DNA of 64,000 nt. Origin: Piromyces finnis finn (taxonomy: Eukaryota > Fungi > Neocallimastigomycota). Shown here one piece after another: positions 54,201 to 64,000 of this stretch. The position numbers were made by a program, and so were the translations under genes. Every line of letters begins with the position of its first letter. Positions within the stretch are counted from its first letter, which is position 1. The DNA is taken from the NCBI GenBank assembly GCA_002104945.1, contig MCFH01000020.1:1-64000 (forward strand). Reading direction: 5' to 3'. A model generated the notes under the pieces. It had not been told where the DNA came from, did no database searches, and worked only from the letters and a program-made list of their open reading frames with translations.

Positions 54201-55753
54201 TCTTTGGAAAGTTCATCTGTAGAAACATTAGGATCGTTGAATTTTGCTGAAAGTATTTGGAATTTATTATGACTGAGAATAGATTCCTTTTCCTCAATAC
54301 ATTTTAATCTATTCCATTTCAGAATTTTCTTAGGAACATTAAAATCATTAGAAAAATCTTCCATAGGAATAATTTTACCATTAATAAGAAGTGGCTTATG
54401 GTCTGATACAGGATAAAAATTATTTATAAATGATGCTGAGTGAATAAGATCTTTCATCTTCGAATTGATAAGAGCATGGTCAATGTCGGAAGATTGATCA
54501 CCTCGAGTCCAAGAGATAGTAGACCCTCTAAGCGGAAGAATTTCCCAATCTCCTAATCCATTAGTTGATAACCAGTTGGATAATTTTACTTTAGACATAT
54601 TAAAATCACCAACAAGAATCGATGGATGGGATGAATGAGTTTGTAACCACAAGCGAACTTCTAACTTTGCATGATCAACATAGATGTTGTGATGACTATG
54701 AGGCATATAAACATTTCCAATCGAGCATTTGAATCTATTCCAGAGACTAAAAGTATAAATAGAAATAATATATTTTCCAGAGAAGTTTTCAAGTGAGGCT
54801 TGACACGAATTGTGAAAACCTAAATATAAACCTCTCATTCCCGGAACTGATTCGTCAGCTTTCTTGAAAAAGTGTCTATAGTTTCGCAAAGTAACACGAC
54901 AAGGATAATCTGTATTCGATCCAGAACCATTACCAGTTTCTTGGAAACATAAAAATAATGGTTTGAAAATAGCTGTGAAATAGCTAATGCTATCTCTCTT
55001 TTCGTGATTCCACCCATTGGTGTTCCAACTAAGACAAAAAGAAAAGTTATCAGGCTTGTTGGATGAGGAAGAATCGTTGCTATTATTATTATTATTAAAG
55101 TCATCATTATTAATGGATGATGCATCAGAGGAATAAGTAGAACTATTACTAGATGGCTGTGAAACTGAAGAACTATCAACTATTGAACTGTTATCAGAGT
55201 TGATAGAACTATTAGAATTAATTGTTGAATGTTGAGATTGAAATTGTGTTTGCTGTAGATCTGGAATATTTTCATGATGGAAAACTTGTTGAAGATCTTG
55301 TTGAAGATCTTGTTGAAGATCGGATTGTTGATGAGATTGTTGAACTGATTGTTGAAATGATTGTTGAATAGAATGTTGATGTTTATTAGAAACTAAAATT
55401 TTACGTTTGAGAGTGGAAAAAGTGTATTTGTGATTCCTTCTACTACGAGCTGAAAAGGAAATTGAGGTAACTGAAAGTTTCTTCTTTAACATGTGTAAGA
55501 TTTTAATACAATCTTTTGATGAACCATGAACCTTGACTAAGAAAAAGTGATCATTGAAAGTCTGAAAATATTTAACACTAATAACTGAATTAAATTTATC
55601 TTCTAGAATAACCTCGAGTTTTTCCCATAGCATATTTACTGACCATGATCGAATACCACGGATAAAGAAGGAGCGAATATCATCTAAGGGGATACCATAA
55701 GACCGGGTACCACGTCTGATATAATTCTTATCTTTAATATAAAGGACTGACAT
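51221..55753 (-). CDS. LINE polyprotein: N-terminal domain + low-complexity linker + AP endonuclease + reverse transcriptase + C-terminal CCHC zinc knuckle
   Basis: APE motifs SWNTNG, FQET, GDFN, SDIDH, SDHKP. RT motifs KASGPDGIP, YRGISL, QFGFR, FLDLRKAYDSV, GVRQGCPLSPILFNLFI, LFADD, YTYLG. CPCC...HWLLDC near the C-terminus. Confidence 0.96.
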   Translation of the reverse strand: MSVLYIKDKNYIRRGTRSYGIPLDDIRSFFIRGIRSWSVNMLWEKLEVILEDKFNSVISVKYFQTFNDHFFLVKVHGSSKDCIKILHMLKKKLSVTSISFSARSRRNHKYTFSTLKRKILVSNKHQHSIQQSFQQSVQQSHQQSDLQQDLQQDLQQVFHHENIPDLQQTQFQSQHSTINSNSSINSDNSSIVDSSSVSQPSSNSSTYSSDASSINNDDFNNNNNSNDSSSSNKPDNFSFCLSWNTNGWNHEKRDSISYFTAIFKPLFLCFQETGNGSGSNTDYPCRVTLRNYRHFFKKADESVPGMRGLYLGFHNSCQASLENFSGKYIISIYTFSLWNRFKCSIGNVYMPHSHHNIYVDHAKLEVRLWLQTHSSHPSILVGDFNMSKVKLSNWLSTNGLGDWEILPLRGSTISWTRGDQSSDIDHALINSKMKDLIHSASFINNFYPVSDHKPLLINGKIIPMEDFSNDFNVPKKILKWNRLKCIEEKESILSHNKFQILSAKFNDPNVSTDELSKEFTSTAFSIADELSITSANNVIKSSFHISQQIFNLQKIKMKLYKRFKKERIYDIDEFIKRIKIYRKLIDYIHKRCNEFRKQEYLHWIKTGCEYMKSHNPKKAWKWIKKTAKIGKDSFFIAQPIKNKNGELVVATEEQLEVWHDHFENLASDPSGVSLDLEHWYEEPTNKRFSLPMLDEWDINQDISIDEVKSAILSTPNYKASGPDGIPIEFYKALIPSSNDSNNATDNNSSGNTTSDNDAYGLNFILKLFNRIWDGDFPSSWNESSIVSIPKKGDLTDCDNYRGISLINNGIKLISKIVTTKISEYGLKNNFIRPEQFGFRKKEESINHFISIQEICRRRQLDNKETYLAFLDLRKAYDSVPISNILHKLDCLGIRGKSLQFIKNLYLTSKANVKLDGQFSKSFDVKKGVRQGCPLSPILFNLFINDIFKECEDLGVSLGDTRCCGGLFADDIVICAPTRGCLKKMLRRVNEWALYNEMEFGIQKCSTMVIRPESIENQNKRDPTFYLAGQPIPTTDCYTYLGVPFDKNLSLKPVIKTLNNKVLKGLFSVSKFLRNPNIPIPFKKLVLNSQVISRVSYFAPLLGSNKARSRIAQKHVNKGIRWVAGVHKAVSFISLYSISKDLNIPPLSAKCALAQVRCFNKWKNSNCIISHLVNYIPKFRKYTWCKSSRTLDKKLKKHGDVKAVKNFYWKDLKRNSIKAQYYDDNKFIETKDFIKLYYEYPEFAYGFYWLLKARSGYKLDARVAKVAKFVDPVCPNYCPCCKCGVQRIKHWLLDCPTFRDIRIKHYDSIVHLLNFFNQRNSNSPINNNEIDNVSRDSNNINSNSNNSNNNNSNNNNSSNSNNSNNNNSSNRNNNINNDSNSEDNNSNLDSNLVNDSNSSNNPVNINVYDYSSVCSKIFKFLLGGRSFNNINYNSREWKELCKRQIQSGTNEGTPFLTVTAELLTKIMPFAIGQQWSMFKRFEATSKSVNAEETVRQARRASATNGDHNFVP

Positions 55754-56496
55754 GATAATAAATTCTAATTAAAAATATTGAATATAAAATAAATACTAAT
55801 AAAAATTACAAATATAACGTATATGGAAAAAAATCTGTCTCTCTCTCTCTCTTCTTAAAAGTACTGGATAGTACAAAAATTGTTACGATGCTTTGTTTAA
55901 AGTTTCTTTTTTTGAATTCTAGTTGTAAATTTTCTTTAAAAATTCTAGTTTTGGTTTGTTGTTAGTAAATTCGATTCGCTTTTTGACACTAAAATTGTTT
56001 GACTTTACTTTTCATTAAATATTTAAATTGGTAAAAAATTTGAATCAAGAATGTCGACACCAGAAAGCTTGTGAATAGTATTTTTACATGATGTAGAGTG
56101 AATCAGTCTCTTACAAGAAACAATACAACAATAGCTACATGAATATAAAAATACAATGCAAATGCTAAAGTTGACTACATTGGATTCTTACAAGAGAAGA
56201 GTAGTACTACATGAATACATGAATAAAAGAAAAAAATACAGCAACAAAATGTATTACTCTTCTAATTAAATACTATACAAACTTACCTGAGTATCAAACA
56301 TTCAACTTATTCATCAAATACTTAAATTCGATGAATAAAATGTTTTTTAATCGCTCAGTACCATGAGCTTAGTCCTAATAATTTTCCCTTAAAGACTAAC
56401 CAAGCATCCATTGCGCAATACTTGGATTTAATTCTTTCTACTCTCTCAGTACCATGAGCATGAGTAGACCCCCTTGAGAAACTACATTTATTAAAT

Positions 56497-56544
56497 AAAT
56501 GAAGGCACGTTCCCAAGAGGGAAATGAAGGCACGTTCCCAAGAG
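56497..56544. repeat. 23-bp direct repeat x2 at the putative LINE 5' boundary
   Basis: aaatgaaggcacgttcccaagag at 56497-56519 and 56522-56544. Confidence 0.9.
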
Positions 56545-57639
56545 ATATTTTTTATATAAGATAATTAAAATTTCAATTTTTTTTTTTTTAATAGGAAATA
56601 TAATTAAATTTATTATTTCAATCAAATATATGAAATTATAATTTTAAAAGTTTAAGTTATAATCCAATTTATTAATAATATTTATTATAATATTATAAAA
56701 AATCACCTATATTATAAAATGTTTAACACAAAAAAGTAAATAAGACATCAAGAATTTTTTAATAAAATATTTTTATTTTATTAGCAATTTATTTGCAATA
56801 ATATACTTTTTTAATACATACAAAAATTATTTTTATTTTTACTATTATTTTGTTTTTAATTTAATATTTTATAATTTATTTTATTTTATATCACCCTCTA
56901 ATAAAATGATATTAATTATTTTTTTTTATTAATTTCTTTTTCGTTTGTTTTATTTTTATTTTAATTTTTTTTGTTTTTGTTCTGTTTTTTGCTTTTGTTT
57001 TTTTGCTTTTTGTTTTGTTTTGTTTTTAATTTGTTTTGATTATATCATCATCAATTATTAACATTGTTTTAATATACTCTTTTGAGTTTTTTTTTTTTTT
57101 TTTTTTTTCTTTCTTTCTTTTATATTGTGCTATTTTTCTTTAATTTATAAGAAATAATAATTTATATTTCCCTTTTGGATTTTTATATTGTATTGAATTT
57201 TTAGTTCTATTTGACTAAAAAAAATATTTAAATTCATTTTTATATAAATAATACTAATATGTATTTATATTATAATATTTACTAATATATTTCCTTTTCT
57301 TAATACTACGTATTATTATAGAGTTTAAAAAAATAACTTAATTTTGGATGTATATATTATTCTTTAAAAAAAATAAAGTATATACATCTTTTATGTATTG
57401 AAAGGATTTATTTAAAAAAAGAATTAAATATTTATTAATAAATAAATATTATTAATACCAAATTAAATTTCTTTTTTCATCCTTTCTTTTTCAATTATTC
57501 TTGTTAATATTTTAATGTGTTTATATATAATTATCAAAATTTAAAATATGATAATTATTTATAATTAAATTATATAATGAATAAAATAAATATACCAAAA
57601 ATTATAAATAAATTATATTCATATTTCTTTTCCAATAAC

Positions 57640-60129
57640 TTAATCTTCAGAAGCTTTAATTTCGGCTGGAATGTTATTATAGTCATCAATAATATGACCA
57701 GCAGCAATTTGCTTTTCTCTTCCATCAACATTTAATTGTTTAAGTTGTTCAATTAAAATATGATCATGGTTTTCTGGCTTAGAAATATCTTTTTCATTAA
57801 CAGCATCTTCCCAAGTATCTTCAACTTGTTCATCTTCGAAAGATTCTTTAATTCTTGGAGAACCTGGAGCACTTGGTGGACGAGGAATCTTTCTAGTTCT
57901 GCGACCACGAATTGTTTCTTCGCCTTCACTGTAAAGAGCTGCATCATGTTGTTCAACTTCTTCTTTAACGTTTTCATCATCCATTTCTTCGAATAAAGCA
58001 GCTTCTGGCCACTTTCTACGAACAGCAACCCATCTAGCCTTTTGGTATTCAATACCCATACGTTTCCAATCAAGTAAATCACTAAGACGTTCAGTACGAT
58101 TACGTTGATTAATACGTTGACGACGAGACTTTTGTGAAAATTCAAACATAAAGTCAGTTAATTGTTGAACAGATTCTTCGATACCTCTCATACGTCTATC
58201 AACAATATAAATACCATAATCATTTGGATGAGTAATCATTTCTTCCATGAAACAACCGAAACCAGATAAATTAGTAGTAATGGATGGAACACCCATAACA
58301 GTACATTCAGCTGGAGTGTAACCCCATGGTTCGTAGTAACTTGAGAAAACACCCAAGTGACAACCACGAACGAATTCTTCATAATCCATACCAAGTAATG
58401 GATTGTTTTGATTGAGGAATTCTGGGTGGAAGATAATCTTAACACGATCACTTGGTGAATTAAATAATTGAACGCGACGAATGTGGTTTAAGATTGGATC
58501 ATGACTATCATCTGCCATATTATGAGTAGTAATTGGTGGTAAATTAGCTCTCTTTAATGCATAAATTCTTCTCTTTAAGACGATTTGTTCTTCATCTGAA
58601 AGAATGTGAGCCAAATCTGGAGTTTGACCTCTAGCAGCAGAGTTCAAGATACGCTTACCAATAAGTTCTTGCATTTCAACAACTGTTTGTCTTAATTGTT
58701 TCATAACAGCTTGACCCTTTAAAGCATCAACTGCAAAATTATGAGTAGCAGCTGGCATAATAATGAAAGCAACAACTGTAACTGGAGAATTATAGTGCTT
58801 TAAACGACCATTAAGACGTGCTAATGCTTCAATATACATATCAACACCCTTATTACGGTATTCATAACGACCAGAAGTAAAGAAATATAAAGTATTATCT
58901 AAATCAAAATCAAAATGACCGTAGAAATGACCACGAACAAATTCGTTAATCTTTTCCTTATTACGAGCATGCATGTTTTGGAATTCGTGAATAGCACTGA
59001 ATTTAACAACATTTAAACCATTTGGTAATACACCATCTGGCTTACGTTTTAATAACCACTCACTTTCATAAGCAGTAATATGAGAAACAGTAGTGAATAC
59101 ATCAGCACAATGAGCAGCACCACGTTCAATACAATAACGATGATATATTTGACGTTTACCAGCTTCAGCATCAACATCAAAGTATTTTAAATTATTGTAA
59201 AAGTCAACATCACCAGCACATAAATAACGACCTAATAAAGTAGCATGTGTTGTGAAAATTGTAGCAATTGGTAAATTACGCTTACGAATTAAAATTAAAG
59301 CAACACCAGCTAACCATTCATGGAAATGAGCAATAATCAATGGGTGATCAGCAGTATGATAGTTAGAATAGATAGATGGATGTTGAGACATTGGGTGAAT
59401 TAATTGGTAATTATTCTTTAAGTCATTAGCAGTTGGAGATATTTGTAAATCAGATGGAACTTTTTCTTTCTTAGTATTTAAACGATGAGAAAATTCACCT
59501 AAAAACCATGCAACTAAGTAACCAAATACAATAGCTTCATTAGTTTCAAAATCATCTGGTGGTGATGGAACACCTGAAATACACCATAAATCTGTTTTCC
59601 ATTCATTCATACGGTTGTGAGCGGATGAAATATCGAAAAGTAAAACAGCTGGAGCACCTTCAACAAGCCATCGACCATAAAGGAAATGAATACCACTGTT
59701 TCTCATTGATTCTAAAGTTTCCTTTAATGGTTGAGAAGTTGGTTCAATCTCTTCAACTTCCATTGGAGCTGTTTTCCATGATAATGGACCAATTAAACAA
59801 TAGTGGTCACCATATTCACCAACAGTAACTGGGGTCTTAGTTTTTATAACAGTATAAATACCACCAACTATTAAAATGTCATTAATAATATTTAATTATT
59901 GTTTTTGTTTTTTTTTATTATTTGTAATAATATTTTTATTTTATTGTTGTTATTTTTATATATAAAATAGTAAAATAAAAATAGAAAAACAAGAAAATTT
60001 AATACTATATCATTTTATCGTTTTTATTTATATGTGTCTTTTTAAATTTTTACCCTTATTAGCAACTTCCCAAGCAATTTCAAAAAGAAGTGGCTTACTC
60101 ATATCAACTGTTTCATTAGTGGTAGCCAT
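57640..60129 (-). CDS. GSY: Glycogen synthase (GT3); 2 exons (60129-60054, 59867-57640)
   Basis: [72 protein letters not shown]; C-terminal RPPSAPGSP phosphorylation cluster. Confidence 0.97.
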
Positions 60130-63100
60130 TTTAACAGTTTATATGAATGTTTTTAAAATATTAATATAAATAATTTTTTGTTATTTTTTTTTAATTTTAT
60201 AAATTATTTAATACTCTTTTAAATATAATAAATAAAGGATTAATTATAAATATATATTATATTAATTTTAGGATTAATTATTATTTACAAATTTTTCCTT
60301 AATAAAAAAGAAAAGAAAAATTAAATTTCCTTCTTCTTTATCTTTCAAATTAATATATCTATATAAAAAATTAAATAATTTTTTAAATGTAAAGTCTTTA
60401 AAAAAAAAAAAAAAAAAAAAAAAGAAAATTTTAATATCTTTTATACTGTGAATCTTTTTTTTCTAAATGAAAAGTTTTACCTATTTTAAAACTAAATTAA
60501 TTAGTAATTTAGTATTATATTTTGATTTTTAATTCTATTTATTAATATTTTTTTTTAATAAAATTATTATAAACCTTTTTTTTTTATAATTTAAAATATT
60601 TTTAATTAACTTTATTTTTTTAATCCTAATTAAAAAATGGTAAATATTAATTAATTAAAAATTTCTAGATAATATATTAATAAATTTTAAATTAAATAAA
60701 ATTAATTGATAAATGTATTTTTTTCATAATAGGAATTATTAAAATATTAAAAATGGTATATATAAATATAATATATATCCAATTATAATACTCGTTGTAG
60801 GATTTAAAAGAATAGTTATTAATATATTATGGAAATATATTTCGTATATATATAAATATTAATGATTATAAATAATCCTTGTATTGTTATTTACAAATAT
60901 TTAAATAAAGAATAATGATAAATTATAAAACATATATGCTGATTTATTCATTATTATAACTAGCATTGATAACTATTAATTAAGCCATACATAAAATAAT
61001 GAATTATGGCTAAATTTAAGACTGACAATTTAAAAGCATCAATAATCAAATGTTTAACTTTTAATATAAAGAATCATCATATTCTATAATAATATTGAAT
61101 ATTTTATTTATTTATTTAAATAAATATACATAATATTAATATTTCTATAATTATTTTCAACATAACTATTTAAGAATTATTAAAAATTGCACTATTATTA
61201 CTATTTTACTATTAAATCTAATTATTCTTTTATTTATTATTTTAATTATTAATCTTTTTTTATTTTATTTTTTAGATTTAAAAGAAACGTTAAATTATGT
61301 AATTAGATAATATTTATTATAATATTATTTGAATTAAATCACATCTCAAAATATTTGGTTAGTTCATTACATTAGATTATTTAATTGTTTATTTTACTTC
61401 GAATTTTCAGAATTTAAAAGCTAAAATAAACAATTTTATAATAACGAAATCAAATTTTAATCTGTTAATTATTATAAAATAATTACAATTAGTATAAATT
61501 TAAATTAAACAGTTAATTAATTAAAGGATTAATTAAATAGCAAAATAATTTTCTATATAGTTTATAATAAAACATATTTTATTTAATAGCTCATTCCTAT
61601 AATAAATATTCATTTATAATCATCAAAAATATAATTTAAAAGTATATAAATAATTATTGATATGTTGAATGACACTTTATATTTTTAATTTTAAATCAGT
61701 CATTCTTAAAATAATACTTTAGAGTACTCATTTTTATTTACTTTAATATTTCAAAGTATTTTACATTATAAATTCCATAAATTATTGTTTTTTATTTGAA
61801 ATGTCATTATATTAATATAATATATATATATTTTTGATTGACTTTATAAGTTTCTTTAGGTTAAAGTTTTAATTGAAAATTCTATTAATTATATAATCTT
61901 AATTAATTTCTCTATCATATATTAATAAATATTATAATTCTTTAATATAATATTAAATAATATTATTTAATTATTTAATTATTTTAAATAAAATAAGGTT
62001 TCATTTCGATTTTCAATGTTAGAATACTATTACAATTCCAACTAAAAAGTATTAGTTAAAAAAAAAAAAATTCGATTAATTTTAAAATTATAATTGTATA
62101 CTAAAAAGGAAATAATTATTTTAAATTTTCGAAGGTGAATGAAATTTTTAATTTTCCAAATTGATATTTAATACATAAATAAAATCAATATTTTTTAAAT
62201 GAATTTTTTGATTGTAGTACAATTATTTTTAATTAAAAAAAAAAAAATACAGAATTTTTTAAGTTTACAAAAAAAATATTTTAATTGTAGAATAATTTAA
62301 TTTCATATGTTTGATATAATATGGAATATAAATAGAGTTTTTTCATTAAAAGATAAAAATAAAAATTTATAAAAATATTTTAAATATTACTTTTTTTTTT
62401 CAATATATATTGATTTTTTAATAATACTAATATATATTTTTTTAATATCACTAAAAAAACTACAATATATATATATATATATATTTTTCCAATTAAAATT
62501 GTTTTTTAAAAAAAAAATTAAAAGAATAAATAATTCATTTTTTTAGAATGTTTTTTTTTTTTAAACAGAAATAAGAAAGAATTAACTTTATTATATTTTA
62601 ATAATCATAATAGAATATATTTTTCAGTAACTTTTATCTATTTATAATATTAAATAAACATGTATTGTAGTATTTGTAATATATTATATTACATTACATT
62701 TTAATTTAATATAGAAAGTTGACTTTTTATATAACTTAATACATTACTATATCCTTTTATGGATTAATTAAATTCTTAACATATTATATCTATTTTATTC
62801 AGTAAATAAATGTTGCTTTTTTAAAAAGTTAATAAAAAGTTAATATTATTATTATATATAATTTTCAAATTAAACTATATTTTTTTACAAATATATTTTT
62901 TTTATTTTCAATAATATTTTATTAATGTATATAATATTTTTAGTAATTAGTTTTATGTAAAAGAATTTAACTTTAATTATATGTATTTTTATAATAAACT
63001 TTATTTAAAACATTTCTTTTGTATTATGTTATTATGTTATAATAAAATTATTAAAACAGGGGAATATTAGATCGATCCTTCATACCTAATATTCCCTAGT

Positions 63101-63855
63101 TGGTTTATTCAAATGAGGCTTATCAAAAAACTAATTAACCAATTATAATACTAATATTATATGGATCATACATTCATAATACTTTTTAAATTTTAGAAAT
63201 AATTTATATTATTATTATTAACTCTATAATTTTAAAGTTTTTATGTTAATTCTCATACTATTTTTATATTTTAATAATTTGATTATGTTTCATTTTCATA
63301 AACAATATATACATATAATTTTATTTTTTATATTAAGCTATAATATATATTAATAAGTTATAAAATTCTATTAAAATTGCAATTCTATATTCTATATTAA
63401 AATAATACTTATTAATGATTCATCCTTTAATCATTAAATTTATTAAAAAAAACTTTACCATCCATAGTTTCATGTTATTTTTATAAAAGAAATTATTAAA
63501 TTATTGAATAAAATATAATAATATTAGAAAGATACATTAGATACTAATCAAATTATACTTTAAAAATCATGAGTTTTTTTTATTAAGAATTTTCATAATT
63601 CATTTTAATTAAACTTTTTAATAGTTAATACTTTTTCACAATTATTTTGTATATACATTGAATAATTTTCATTTTATATGAAAAATTATTTATATTAATT
63701 TAGAAAAATTTTTTTTATAAAATAATTAAAACTATAAACAATTATTTAAGTTTCATATTTAAAATAACATTAAAAAATTCTAATACACTATAATTAATTA
63801 GTTATATAAATAGTATATTATTGTATTTATTCCTATATAGTCACTAATATTACTA

Positions 63856-64000
63856 TTAGGAAGATGTATTATTGTCGGTTTCTGATTTATATTCTTCTGG
63901 GGAACATCCCACCTTATCATTGATAGTAATAAATAGATCCCATGTTTTTGTACATGATATGCCGAAATAACCATAATATTTAAATATTAAAACTGATTTG
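63856..64000 (-). CDS. 3' end of a gene truncated by the window edge (possibly a membrane protein)
   Basis: Open frame 63999-63856: KSVLIFKYYGYFGISCTKTWDLFITINDKVGCSPEEYKSETDNNTSS*; GC-richer than flanks. Confidence 0.45.
   Translation of the reverse strand, partial: KSVLIFKYYGYFGISCTKTWDLFITINDKVGCSPEEYKSETDNNTSS

Larger units (their letters stand above)
51100..56544 (-). mobile_element. Non-LTR retrotransposon (LINE), apparently full length; boundaries approximate
   Basis: GC-richer block containing an uninterrupted APE+RT ORF and a structured ~790-bp upstream leader. No unambiguous poly(A) tail or target-site duplication was identified. Confidence 0.85.

Noticed and set aside
51221-55753. 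Retron, group II intron or LTR element
   Set aside because: The APE domain and LINE-type RT motifs, with no maturase, integrase or LTRs, identify a non-LTR element.
56400-56470. Hammerhead ribozyme
   Set aside because: No CUGANGA...GAAA core in the correct arrangement on either strand.

Overview
Very AT-rich eukaryotic DNA with short, almost pure-A/T GT-AG introns. Composition plus the solute-binding-domain/7TM receptor family point to an anaerobic gut fungus (Neocallimastigomycota); this is an inference. Contents, left to right: (1) four intronless Agd3-like (CE18-type) polysaccharide deacetylase genes. Three have near-identical ectodomain CDS but unrelated flanks and different signal peptides and cytoplasmic tails; the fourth is divergent and probably GPI-anchored. 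(2) A membrane-anchored DPBB (loosenin/expansin-like) gene with a Thr-rich stalk sits inside that array. (3) A small secreted precursor with two identical peptides around a KR site. (4) A ~315-bp (TAA)n tract. (5) A frameshifted Cys-rich membrane-protein gene. (6) A ~2.3-kb intronless, doubly frameshifted ORF resembling the Nucleocytoviricota early transcription factor large subunit (candidate endogenous viral fossil). (7) Housekeeping genes: Ecl1-like, LUC7, RPA-interacting protein-like, glycogen synthase. (8) Three tandem solute-binding-domain/7TM receptor genes, two sharing a ~350-bp near-identical tract. (9) An apparently intact single-ORF APE+RT LINE with a structured upstream leader. (10) The 3' end of a gene cut by the window edge. 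All family assignments are from motif recognition by eye; no searches were run.
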